A DNA stretch of 63,656 bases, filler included, from Dugesia japonica (lineage: Eukaryota), in the NCBI GenBank assembly GCA_001938525.1. It is 6 parts of 6 records of this genome, joined end to end, with 100 filler letters (N's around TTAATTAATTAA, not from the genome) between each part and the next. Parts side by side here need not be neighbours in the genome. Positions count along the whole stretch, not along the records: positions 22,345 to 30,604 come from MQRL01459360.1; positions 30,705 to 46,529 come from MQRL01592496.1; 4 more parts are not named here. One strand, written 5' to 3'. Made by a program: the position numbers and the translations under genes. This document shows, one piece after another, positions 23,897 to 36,935 of the stretch. The first letter of the stretch is position 1. Every line of letters begins with the position of its first letter. The notes below the pieces were generated by a model. The model saw only the letters and a program-made list of their open reading frames with translations. It was not told the origin of the DNA and searched no databases.

Positions 23897-26800
23897 CCTT
23901 GAAAGACGATAAAAAAATTCCAAAGCTTCTGAACTTATAAAATGTGATCCAGGGCTAAAAGACAGTTCAACATGATATCGATTTTCGTTGTTTTTATCAA
24001 GCTATTTAAACATAAATTACACCTAATTTCATGTGAAATCTATTAACAAACTATTGAAGGATTTTCATAAATCATTATGACGATTTGCGATAGATAGTTA
24101 TACTCTGAAATTAATGACATTCGTTTATTAGAACTCGTCCATTGGAAATCCCTGTTTTCGTCTACCAATTTACCATAACGGAAACATGATAAAAGTGAAT
24201 GTATGTGGCTTTCACTTGTAAAATAAAGTCGAGTTCGAACAAATCTTTCTGGAGAAGAAACCCCCTTTGAATGTCTAAACAAAAGAAATAAATAAATTCT
24301 TTTTCAAAGAAAATATATTTATAAAAGGGTTACTGAATTAATTTAGCAATTTCATCAATAAAGACTTAAAAGAGTTCTAATCACGGCCGATAAATTTTGT
24401 GACATGACCATTAGTTTTGGCAAGAAAAACATTTTCGATTAAAACCTTGAATCCCATGTCAAAGAAGGAAAAAATAAATATTAGTTTTTTTCCATGTGGT
24501 TTTTATTATTTCGGCTTTTGTCATATTTCCCATAACAAGTGACTAGACATATGAACGCACGTAAAAAGTTAACATTCATAAATCTCTAAGTGAAAATGAC
24601 CACGTAAATAAAAGCTCACATCTTGTAAGTAGACAGATACATGTGTAACTAGCCGCCTCCCCACTAGGAGAAATTTGTTTCGAAAGTGGCTACGTATGGA
24701 CCAATCAGATTGCAGTAATAGAATCACCCCCACAAAACAAGACGAAATAGAGNNNNNNNNNNNNNNNNNNNNNNNNNNNNNNNNNNNNNNNNNNTTTTTT
24801 GTGTAGGTATTTACTTTTGTATCATTTGAGCTTTTGTTATGTAATCATCACAACAAAATTAACAAATAAAATCAAAATATAAGCCAATTATTAATTAAAA
24901 ATAAAACGTGAGTCTTTAAAAAAGGGCAAAAAATTTAAATTAACAATTCTTAAAGAGAAAACTCTAAACAAAATCAATGAAATTATCACAAACCAATTTG
25001 ATAAATTAATAAAAAATACTGAAAAGTAGATTTGATTTCGTTTATTTTAATCCACATACACATTAATTGTTAATCTATTACAAAACACTTAAAAAAACCC
25101 AACTAAGAAAAGAACGGATCGCTTGAATCAAAATTCTACTTATGACATTATGTATTTTAACGTCAGAATAAAGATTTGATTAAAATACTTTTATTATAAT
25201 CCGGTAATTAAACCAACAGATCAAATACTAATTAAGAACAGAACTCTACAATACAGAACGTGTTGGAGTCAAAAATTTCTAAGAAAACCTTTTGGAATAA
25301 ATTTTTAGAGCCAAAATTCACAAAAAATTTGAAAAAAACTTTTTGCGGATAATTACTCAAAACGTATTTCCAGGATTGTATTTTCAACAGAACTCTTGAC
25401 TAATTCAAAAACATTTATTTAGAAACTGAAACAGGTAAACAACATTTTCATTGAAAGACAATTCAAATATTCCTTTCCTTGATATGCTTATTGAAAGAAA
25501 GAATACTTCATTTGAAACAGAAATCTATAGAAAGAAAACTGATACTGGTTTGTTTACAAATCCTTTCAGTTTATGTGACATAAAATATAAAAGCAATATG
25601 ATTAAAGGACTAATTCATCATTCTTGGTCACTCTCATNNNNNNNNNNNNNNNNNNNNNNNNNNNNAAATAAATTAATTGAATTGCTTCATAATAATGGAT
25701 ATTCTAAATTGTTTACAGGCAAATTAGTTAATGAAACTTTGTATAAATTAAATAGTAATTTGTCTAGTGCTGACGTATCTGAGGTTGTAGAAACAGATCC
25801 TAAAATTGTTTTATCTTTACCTTATTCCGTAGGTTTTAAAAAATTTAAATTTTCAATTGAAAATGCTCTTAAGAATATTTTAAATATAAAAGTTGTATCT
25901 CAATCTCATAAAGTTATAAATATGTTCATAATAAATCTATAACCCCTTTAAGCTTGTGCTCTGATCTGGTTTATCAATTTAGATGTAATGGGTGTAACGC
26001 TACATACATTGGATAGACTTCCCGTCATATCTGCACCAGAGTTCAAGAGCATAGTCGAAATAGTGGAAATAGTAATATGGTGAGCATCGTAGAAAATGTA
26101 TAAAATCAATAGGGTTTTCTGATTTTAAATTTTTGTGCAGTGGAATTAATAATTATGTGTGAAGCTTTGTTTAAAAGGGCATTAAATCCTAAAATTAATG
26201 TTCAGTTGACGGATTCAAAATCGCTTTTAAAATTATTTTATTGATTATGTATTGAGAAGACATAATTAAAATTATATAATCAATTAAACATTATAAATAG
26301 TTTGTCCTAATAATAATTAATTGCCTGATGATGACGGTTATTCCGTCAAATTAATTGCAGTAAATAAATATTTATTGAAATGGCGTTCATTAATTTTTTT
26401 AATAATAATAAATAATAATAATTATTTAATATTATTATTTATTATTATTATTATTGTTATTATAATTTATTATTATTATTATTGTTATTATTATTTATTA
26501 GTATTATTATTTACTTTTTTTAATATTAAAAAAAATTTTTTTCTCCGTGTAAACCATGAGTTTTACAATTAGTTAACAAAATAAAACTGCAGTCTTACTC
26601 TGGATTGAGTTGAACAAAATTAATTGGATCGTTATACATAGCATCAACTAAAATCTTTTTCAATAAAGGCGTACAAATATTTCTACCAATAGATAGTTTT
26701 TCCTCTTTGGTTATTCCATATTCCTGAGTTATCGGAAACTGTCAGCAAATATTTACATTTAGAAAATTCATACTTGTGGAACAATAATATCCGCCAAACA

Positions 26801-27653
26801 CTTGGATAATTTGAAAAATTGAATGACAATCTCGATTTTTAAAATCAAGAAATTGTGCTGCACATCATATTTAATATTATCATAAATATCAGGAATTTTC
26901 GTCAAATCAAATTTTGTACCAGGTTTAAATTCTTGTTTTAATTTTTTCCATCGTCTAAGAAGTAATGACCAAGATTCATTATGACACAAAGGAATATTGT
27001 TAAATTTCTTTTTGTATAGTAATTGTAAAAACTCATAATAAATTGTTATATAATTTAAAAGCTTTTGACAGGCTTTTACAGGATTTCCAATACATCTTAA
27101 TGCTGAAATTAATGCTGGAGAACTACAAGGAGCCAAATTTCTAAAATCTTCATCGGAGAAATTCGTTTCTTTAGAAAATAAACCATTTATTCGGCTTTTC
27201 ACCATTCTTTGGTTAATGCCAGATTCACATTCATTGTCTAGCAGTCCATTTGTATTTGCACTTTTTACCATTTGCACTAAAATTGGTGGCAGTTCACCTT
27301 CTAAAGCAAGAAATCCTTTAGCAAACGCCGCTGCCGTCATTTGAACGCGGCCTTCATCTGATGCATAGATTTTCAAATCATGTCTATAAGTACTATGTAA
27401 TCTTAATAGACCAGTTTCAGATGATTCTCCAAGTCGACCTGTTCCACCTGGATAAAGACAACGAAATGTACGACCTAATCTCTCTGCCTCTTTTTTACCA
27501 TGTCTTGTCAATTCACCACCCCATTTCAAAATTAATATCAATACTGATGACTGATCCGATGAAGTTGGAGAATTAGTACCAGATTGTTGTTTATATTTCA
27601 ATTGAACCTTTCTATTTATTCCACTGAAATGACCATAAAGTTCTAATACAGTT
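23897..27653 (-). CDS. PPIP5K: Inositol hexakisphosphate/diphosphoinositol-pentakisphosphate kinase (PPIP5K/VIP1), internal exons 26774-27653, 26599-26723, 24052-24274, 23897-24001; partial
   Basis: YGHFSGINRKVQLKY, LILKWGGELT, GLLRLHSTYRHDLKIYASDEGRVQMTAAAFAKG, EYGITKEEKL, RTRLYFTSESHIHSLL and RYHVELSFSPG; canonical GT-AG boundaries keep the frame. Confidence 0.95.
25440..26395 (+). mobile_element. Penelope-like element 3' part inside a PPIP5K intron (antisense to the gene)
   Basis: IPFLDMLI..TEIYRKKTDTG (RT thumb) and LVYQFRCNGCNATYIG*TSRH (GIY-YIG); terminal hammerhead. Confidence 0.9.
26318..26362 (+). ncRNA. Minimal hammerhead ribozyme (G12 missing, likely inactive)
   Basis: attgc-CTGATGA-t-gacgg-ttatt-ccgtc-AAA-ttaa-TT-gcagt, with a palindromic TTAA loop 3. 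Confidence 0.65.
26398..26512. repeat. (AAT/ATT)n microsatellite
   Basis: Direct reading. Confidence 0.9.
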
Positions 27654-27941
27654 CTAAAAGAAATTTTATTTTGCAATTTAACCTATTAAATCAAATGATA
27701 AAATGATAACAAACGAAAGATACGATAATTAGAACTGTTTATACATTTAATTTTGTTCAAATTGAGATGTAGATTATTATTATTATCAAATCCTATAATA
27801 AACCCATTCAGTACATGTTTCATTCATTTCCCAGATTTTTACATTTCAAAAAATTTTTATAATAAAAATTGATTTCTAAGTTTATTTTCACAACATTTTT
27901 CCATTTTTAATAACAACGGCATAATTTAATATTATATTCTA

Positions 27942-29210
27942 TTATTTATAGTTGCATTAATTCTCGCTTTTTCTTTTAATTAATTAACTTGTTGAATGTT
28001 TCAGCGATAATTTAAATCGATCGGTAAGATTTGTTAAGTATTAATATTTAATGTTAAAATAATTGTATATTGTTTAGTTAAGTTGTACAGCAAATATGAC
28101 TAGTTTATTCCATAAAACGCACATTTGTTTTTTTGTTTTCACTTTTTTTCATCTCAAAAGAAGTGCTGCAGAAAGTCATAGGATGCTTTCAAATGCTTAT
28201 GACAACCATGCTCTGTCTGAAACATGCTGTCGAGAATAGTTTCGGCAATTCAAAATGGATGACTTTGACTTTCAGGATAAGTAGCGTCCAGGTCAACCAA
28301 AGCGCTTTCTAGATGAAGATTTGGAAAAGGTATTGATCAAAGATCTATCCAAAACAATTAAGGCAATTTCAGAAATCATTAATGTAAATAAATCTACCAT
28401 AAGCAGACGATTAAAAGCCATTGGATAAAAATGGAAAGTCGGTAAAAAGTTACCTCATCAATTGAAAGAAGCAGATATCACAAAATGATTAGACGTTTGT
28501 CAGACGCTGCTCAGCAGGCAAAGGAAAAGTCCTTTTTACAACGCATTGTAACTTGTGATGAAAAATGAATTTCTCATGAAAATCCGAAACTAAGAAAATA
28601 TGGATGAAGCTTGGTCAACCCGGAAAATCAACACCGAAACGAGACTTGCATGGAAACAAGGTGATGTTATCTATTTTTTGGGATCAAAGGGAGATTATTT
28701 ATTTTGAACTTGTGAACCAACGTCAAACTGTTGATGGTCAGCGTTATAAACATCAATTAATAAAATTGAGGCAAGCATTGCACAAAAAACGGCCAGAATA
28801 TTCCAATAGACATGAGACGGTGTTGTTATAGCATGATAATGCTTAACCCCACACTTCGATTTTAATGAGTAATACGATAGCAGAATTCGGATGTGAAATT
28901 TTACCTCACTCGTCATACTCACCAGCATCGCATCAAGTTATTAACACATTTTTCGCTCAATACAATGGCCTTTGTGAATAGCACTTCAACAATCATTATG
29001 ATGTCCAGAAATGGGTTGACTATTGGGCAAATTCCAAGAAAGAAAATTTTTTTATCGTGGAATTCATTTGTTGCCATAAAGGTGGGAAAATATTGTTACC
29101 AATGATGGACGCTACTTTGAATGAGATGTTATGTAAAAATTAATGTATTTGAAGTTTTTATTACATTTCTTCTTATTATTAAAACACTGAGAATTAATGC
29201 AACTACTTAA
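27942..29210 (+). mobile_element. Full-length degenerate Mos1-like mariner
   Basis: AAESHRML, RPGQPKRF, IVTCDEK*I, KVMLSIFWDQ and HDNA; inverted termini TAGTTGCATTAATTCTC at both ends. Confidence 0.93.
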
Positions 29211-30604
29211 TATAAACAACAATTCGGGTTTTTATACAAAAAGNNNNNNNNNNNNNNNNNNNNNNNNNNNNNNNNNNNNNNNAAAAAATATGTCATAAAA
29301 GGGAATATTAAATTTTTAATAAATAATAAATTTAATAAATGCTGAACTTGGTTATTTAGTGTTATATAAATTAAATTAAATTAATAAAATCAATTAATCA
29401 AATAAATATGTGAATTTTCAATGTAATCGTAATGTGAAAATGATTATTTTATTAATCAATTTTTGTATAAAGGTGTTTTACTCGATTTTTACTTACCCCT
29501 GCATTAAACATTCATTTTTGGAAAGTTCGTTGTCCTATAATTACTAACTTAATCCTTACTACTTTAAATCGAAATTTCTAGGCATACACAATAAATATTT
29601 CAATCCCGGGTACATTTTGTTCTAGTTTTCCACTTAGAGACCTATTGTCCGTGCACTATTTGTCCTACACCATCAAATAATATATGTATTCATATTTTAT
29701 TTTGTGTCCGGTAACTCCTACATTTAATGAAAAATTAAATCATATATTAAAAAAAATTTTAATAATGAAAATTTGGCAAATTCTGTGAAAGAAATTATTT
29801 ACGGATGTGAAGCCTACCAAAAGAAAATCAATAACAACTAGAGAGAAAGAGAATAATAATTCCAGAAACGTCTTAAAAGTCATTTGAGGCCAAACAATCG
29901 AATATTAGAACATTTGCAGTTGGTAAACTAGAGAATCAGTACAGATGAAGAAATTTATGATGAACCGTGCAAGGTGACAGAAAGAATACATGAACGATAT
30001 TTTGAGATTACAGATTTGAAATGTAAAAGATTAATAAGAAATGTTGAATGGCTCAGAAGCTTTAAAGAAGGAGAATATAACAGATATAATTTAATAATTA
30101 ATTAATATATATGTCTGTTTTTATATTTGTCTCAGTTAATTCCTGCATTTAATATGTTCAGCGGATAATACCTGTTATGTATTAATCGAACTTGAAGATT
30201 ATTATATCACAATTTAACCTATTCTGTATTACGTTATAGGTTAAAATTTTATATATATATATATGTTGGGAATATTTGTATGTTGGGAAACACAATCCAC
30301 AAAATAAATATACAAACACGCATAACAAACCGCAAACATACAAAACAATGCAAAACACAACAAACCACGAAACATACAAAACAATGCAAGTATGCAAATG
30401 AGCTCTTTATCCAGTCAAACCTCAATTCGACCCTTTAACTCGAGTTCAATATTCAATCAATATTCAATTTCTACGATCAGTTCCATTCAATGATATATGA
30501 CTAATAATTTTAATTTTATTTGTGACAATTTATTGATTATATTGTGACAATTTATTTTATTTTAATCGGACAATTCTAATTTTATTTATATTTTCGCTTG
30601 TGAT

Positions 30605-30704
30605 NNNNNNNNNNNNNNNNNNNNNNNNNNNNNNNNNNNNNNNNNNNNTTAATTAATTAANNNNNNNNNNNNNNNNNNNNNNNNNNNNNNNNNNNNNNNN
30701 NNNN
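30605..30704. other. Artificial contig linker
   Basis: 44N-TTAATTAATTAA-44N. Confidence 0.95.
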
Positions 30705-31030
30705 AAGAATTCGCTAGTGATTGTAATGAAGATTGTACTGATGAGTGTACTGAAGAGTCTACTGAAGAGAAATTTGAAGAATGTAATAAAGATATGGCTG
30801 AGGAATCATCTAAGTTATTCATCAAGGATTTGCTTATAGATACATTGGAAATCATATTTCCTACATTGGAAATCATATTTCCTACATTGAGAGACGATAT
30901 CATCAACTGCGAACCTGATATGCTTTGGTTAAAAATTAAAAATATAACCGGAGTGAATTTGATTGATGTTCAAGATTCATTTTTCAAATATCATGAGAGC
31001 CATAATGAAGAAAAGTTCAATTTTGAATAG
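30705..31030 (+). CDS. Possible terminal exon of an unidentified acidic protein (5' end lost at contig edge)
   Basis: Open frame of about 107 codons from the contig start (EFASDCNEDCTDECTEESTEEKFEEC...), including an in-frame 21-bp duplication TLEIIFP x2. Confidence 0.3.
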
Positions 31031-31736
31031 CCACTTTTCTTTCTGATTAAATCTTTCCGTTTTCTTAGTATACGCTTTGTATTGTAATTTTGATTAATAT
31101 ACTTTTTTATCGGGTTTTAAGATTTTTTATTATTTTTAGTGAAATATTTAAAATATTTGTAGAAGTGTTTTTAATGAGATATAAATAATAAAATAATTAT
31201 GTTAGAAATTGATAATTAAAATTAAATAAACGGCATTCACTGTCGATTTTATAATAGATAAAATTAAAATGAAACTTGAAGAACATAACAATGTCATATT
31301 TTTAATTTTGATGAAAACATTTTTAAGTTTCCAGATAACCAATCTGATGAACTTTCAAAAGTAGAATTTTTGTATTGTAAAATCATATTTTATATTACAT
31401 ATTAAACGTTGTTATGTGATAATTAATTATTTACAAAAGTGAAACTAATTTAATCTATAAAATCAATAATGAAAATTTAATATTTTTAATTTGTGCATCA
31501 ATTTGTTAGTGTGTGTGTGTGTGTTTCATTTTTCAGAAAAAGTAAATATACGAATAAGTATGTTATTAGTAACCTGTGCAGCTATTAGAATATTTCATCG
31601 AATTGGAAAACATCAAAATCAGGTAATATAATATTTTATTTGAAATAATTTTTATGAATTTTTTTATTTTTTATTGATAAAATATGTTTGAAAATTATTC
31701 AAAAATTTTTTATAAACTGAAAATATAAAAAAATTC

Positions 31737-31806
31737 ATTTATTATTATTATTATTANNNNNNNNNNNNNNNNNNNNNNNNNNNNNNNNNNNNNNNNNNNN
31801 NNNNNN

Positions 31807-31861
<55 letters not shown>

Positions 31862-31900
31862 GATTATTATTGTTGTTGTTATAATTATTATTATTATTAC
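31737..31900. repeat. (ATT)n microsatellite
   Basis: Direct reading. Confidence 0.9.
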
Positions 31901-32770
31901 TATCTCCGAATTAATAAAGTAATTATTTTCTAAATATTTATAAAATTCAAATATTCTAATAAAGTATTCAATTTTTAATTTTTTTTACAAATTTGTTTAT
32001 AATTTTCAAATTATTTTCGCTTCTCTTTTTTCTAATCTTTGAAGATAAACCCATTCTTTCATATTTAATTATTGCTTTGCCCGTGTAAAACTTTTATGCT
32101 ATTTTTTGTAAAAGGTATTGAATTTCCATGGTTTTAGATTTTAAAATCATATATATTGGGTATTGGACTCAACAAGAAGATTTTATGGTTTGTTAAATAA
32201 GGGGAGAATAGTATTTTATATTGAGGTGTTAAATTTATTGATGTATTTAGATACGATACTATATAAATGATATTTTATGACCACTGTATAAATATTGTTA
32301 TATATGTACAACCTTATATAAATAAACAATAAGAAAGTCTTTATTTTTGGTGTATAAAATATATAAAGCAAATTCTTAAACTGATAAGGAATAATTTTTT
32401 GTAATCGAGAGTAGCTGCGGCTAGACCTTAGATTTCAATACAAGTTTTTCTCTGAAATTCTGATGAAAACCATTAGTATTTATACTAATCTTAGATACAC
32501 TGATCTAGAGATAATCATGCAATAACCATAAACGAAATAAACTTGTCATATAATTTTACAAAGTTTCCCAGTAGTTTTTAGAGAAATGAAAACACATAAT
32601 TAAAAAATTTCCACAAATATACTTTCAAATGAAATTTTCGATATTCTTTACAGATTTATCAAATAACAAATGTTAAATGATCGTATAATAAAAATAAGCA
32701 AACAATAAAAATTTTCTGACATGCTAGGAAATTGACAAAAATAACAATGTTCATAGGATCAAATTTAGGA

Positions 32771-33230
32771 TCAGAAATGCTTTTTGATATATATAAAAAG
32801 CATTTGTATTTCATTTGAGGAACTTGTTACTTTAAATCCTCTGGCTTTTAATGATTTACGCCATTCCTCTGAAATATCGATGAATCTGAAAGATAAATCA
32901 TCAACTGCAATAAGTTTGACACATACGACACTGACAGATTCGCAATCTAAATTTGATAATTTCTTCAAATGTTTTGTAATGTTATTCTGTTGTTGATATG
33001 TTGATGATGGAGATTGTGAAGATTCTCTTTTAAAAATTATGTTGTGCCTTGTCCGAAGACGAGTATGAAGGCCACTAGTAGAATCTCCTTTAGTTTGAAT
33101 TTCTTTTTTATCTGTGCATAATTGACATTGGGCTAAATTTCCAGATTGTTCTCAAAGAAAATGTTTACATAAGCGATTTTCTTTATTCTTGTATGGAATC
33201 TAAGTTTTATTTTTCTTTGTTGCTATTTTT
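32771..33230 (-). mobile_element. hAT transposase N-terminal remnant (BED zinc finger)
   Basis: AQCQLCTDKKEIQTKGDSTSGLHTRLRTRH, then KLIAVDDLSFRFIDISEEWRKSL. Confidence 0.75.
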
Positions 33231-33321
33231 TAATAATCACTGAAAGTTATTATATTATAGTTATGGTGACCAAAAAATGACCGTTTTTGTCAAAAAAATT
33301 GACCGAAACCTTTGAAAAAAT

Positions 33322-33390
33322 TGATACGCTTATACTAGTTTGGATACACCCGATCTCGTTCGATCTCGGAAGTTAAGCAGCACTAGGCCT
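33322..33390 (+). ncRNA. 5S rRNA 5' half (pseudogene or 5S-derived head)
   Basis: ATACTAGTTTGGATACACCCGATCTCGTTCGATCTCGGAAGTTAAGCAGCACTAGGCC aligns to 5S nt ~11-68, including box A; no box C or canonical 3' half. Confidence 0.85.
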
Positions 33391-36300
33391 GAGTGAGCAG
33401 TGTCGACTGAGTCTGGCTGGTGTTTGGTTAGTGATAAGCTTACGCATTTCCATGGCAAAAAGAAGTCTACCACTTCGTATTTGATGTCTCGGTTTTTTAT
33501 AGTGTTTTCGATAGGACCTTTCAAAGAGTTTCATCATTAGATCGTCAAAGGGACACTCCAAATCAGCTAGTAGATTCCGATTCCTGCTAATTGATAACCT
33601 TGCGACATCTGATCTACGATACCCATTCAATGTGGTTCTTCGTCTGAAAATAGCTATGTATATCTCGGCGTATTAATACGTATTGTTCTTAATGTCAATT
33701 TTTGATAATAAAATGGAGTTTATTATTTAAACAAAGATTACGAGTAGTTGAATATTCTTGATAAATTTCAATTAAAATCAGTTTTTTAAAATTATAACTC
33801 TTGTCTTTAATCTTTTTTTGAATATTATAGAATAAAAACTAGGATAATTAGTATACATATATTTGAAAGTATGCATAGAAAATATTTTTATGTGTATTAA
33901 TATAAATACTTTCTAAACACCAATCGTGCAGATAAGTATGTCGCGTTTGTAAATAAATTATAGTATTTATTGGAAAAAATGTATAATTTAAAAAAGATAT
34001 TGAAATTTTATTAGGTAATAATGCCGAATACTGGTATTTGGTATTCAAAAATCTTCCGGTATCCCGGTAGCACACTTTTAACATTATCAACGTTAAGTAA
34101 ACGTTTCTCGCTTTTTTTTTCTTACATTCTGGCGCTGAAATGTTTGTCTTTCTCCAGTACGAAATTGTCTCATAAGTGTTTTAATTTAAATAACACTTAT
34201 ATATTCCTGCAACCATGGTTTATGAAGGATCTCATAAACCTCACAAGGCTTCATGTTGTTACGTCTAAGATTTTCAATTAAGAAATACATGCTATCTTTT
34301 GTGCATTCCATAATAATCTGAAATTAATTTATAAAACGTAGATTTAAAGTTACGCTTACCTATTCAATTAATTAAAAACAATTTTAATTTAAAATATTTA
34401 TAAATATTTAAAATTTAAAAACGATCGTTTTTCAATATAGCCTATATTTACAAAAAACCTAATGTAATTCATTAATAGAAATTACTTCTAACAATAATTT
34501 TATTGGTATAAAATGCAATCTGTTTTCGAGTTTGGTTTTCTAGTCATATTATTTATGAGTTTTCCATATTTTGCATTTAAACATATAAAGTTGAGCTTAA
34601 ACTCGTACCAGAGTTATCTGTTAAACTTTTCTTATGAAGTTTCTAATCTTTCTTATTGTTCTTATTATTTGCTTCATTTGTGTTATTAAATTTTAAAATA
34701 TCGGCCACTATTTGTTACACAGATGATCTAAAATTTTAATTTTAATTTTTTTGTTTTACTTATTTTTAAGAAATCTTAAGAAATTAAATTTTCAGTTTGG
34801 ATTTCTTCGTAACTTGTGATTTGCGTTTATCAGTGACTGTTACGAGAGACTTCAACTACTGTAATTCGACATTTAATCATAACTATTGCACAATAAATCA
34901 TTTTTAATTCCATGCAACATTTATGCTGCTTCCTTATTCTTAAACTTTGGAGTGTTTGAAAAATGTCAGTATTTATTATTTATTTATTTATTATCATCAG
35001 TCCATTACATCATCTTTTGTTGTGAAAACATATTATAAAGATGTAAGTTATTATATTACAATATAACACTTGTTATTCTAGCATCCCAGTTATTATTCGA
35101 CATATAAAAATATGTGAAAAATACTTTACTAGGAGCGTTTTTCAAAATAATTCATTTTATTTTTATTAAAAGCTTATAATGAACAATAATTTATAATGAA
35201 CAAGTAAGATTGGAGATATTGCTATGGGAAGAAAATTGATGATCACGTAATCGAAATGAAGGCTAATCGCAAAGATAAATATGTGAAAATAAACATAAAT
35301 ATTTATAATTTAATAAAGGAAATAGCAATCTAAAATGCCACGTAGAGAGTATATTAATTGATGACACTGGCGAAGGTACCAAATATCCAGGAGAAATAAT
35401 AATGCTTGATTATACACATTCACTTTGAATGTGCCTTGTGCTCCATTTCCTTTTTGGAAATCACGTATAATGCGAAATGGTGATAATTTATAAAAGTAAA
35501 ATTTTCCTTAATAATACATATAATGCATATTTCTAATAAATTTTCCAAAGATTTTAAATATTTTAATTAACATTACAAATAATTGTTATGGAATGAAGCT
35601 TTATTAATGTTTTTTTTAAAAAAATAAAAAAATATTATATTAAACCCTTAATTGTAAGGGTGTAGAAAAAATATAAATATATAAAAAATAAAAATAAAAT
35701 ATTCCTGTGATCAAAGAAAATAGTATAAGATAATAATAAATCAAATAAAGATCGTAGATTACCGGGGATCACTGATCCAAATGGAAAGAGAATCAACATG
35801 GGTAAAATTTATTCTGAAGTGTAGCCATAGTTTATGAATCGTTAGTTATGGTTTAACACAGATGGTTACCAAAAATAAAGCAATTTTAGAGTCTCAGCGT
35901 TGACAACCATAAGTGTGAACTATTAAATTATTTAAGGAAACGAAAAAATAGAGACGTATATGTACTTTCTATTACACATAAAAGTCATCAGTATACTCTC
36001 AAAGGATGCTTGATTGAATTCCGACTTCTTCTTTATTTAAAGATCAGTAACAGGTTCTAACCCAACAGAAAATGTAAGAAAATAGATGTAAATGACTCCA
36101 GAACCAGGGAAACTATGGAGATGCAAATATTTGTAACATAGAATTTTCAATCATGCGTAATAATAATATTAATATATTAAAAGTAGGTAAAATCTAAAAA
36201 TACAAAAAATTCGGAATAATTTATTAATGCAGGAAATTTAAAATACAGGAAAGTTGCAAACCAAAAATAATTTAACAAATGATAAACTATCTGAACAAAA

Positions 36301-36479
36301 TGATAAGGAATTCTATTCCAAATGAACATTTCATGGAAAAATTCGAAAAGAAGCACTTGAAAAAACTGTCTACAGTATGCACAAATATTTAATATTTGAG
36401 CAAAACGTTTGTACCGAAAATAAAGAACGAGGAGCTCAAAGATATATAGAGCTTTCGACATAATTATTTTCAGAATAAT

Positions 36480-36935
36480 TTATTGATGGAAATTTTCTTG
36501 AAAATATTTTTCTTTCAAAACCAATTTTGAAGAAAGTTTTAATTGAATATATTTTGCTTCACAAAAATGCATGGCCTCACACTTCTCAAGCAACAGTTCA
36601 CAAGTTTCAAAGTTTGAATTATGAAATTTTACAACGTTCTCTATACTTTCCTGCTATCTTTCCTACTGATTACCATTATTTAAACATTTCAAACCTTTAT
36701 ACGAAAGAAAAAATTCTTAAATAAAGAAGATGTAATTGAAGCATTTGAACAGTTTATTTGTATAAAAGATGATAAATCCTTTGAAAATGCAATATATGCC
36801 TTAGGATAAAGTTGAGTAAAAGTTTAAAAAAGTAATCAGGGCTCATATTTTGAATAAATAAATAAGTATCCAACATTTAAAAACAATTTTATTTTTTTCC
36901 TTTTCAAATGCGACATTTCATGTGTGACAGCCTAA
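36480..36935 (+). mobile_element. Mariner 3' fragment with right terminus
   Basis: LLHKNAWPHTSQ...PTDYHY; terminus ...GTGTGACAGCCTAA-TA; a related partial copy lies at 39210-39310. Confidence 0.8.
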
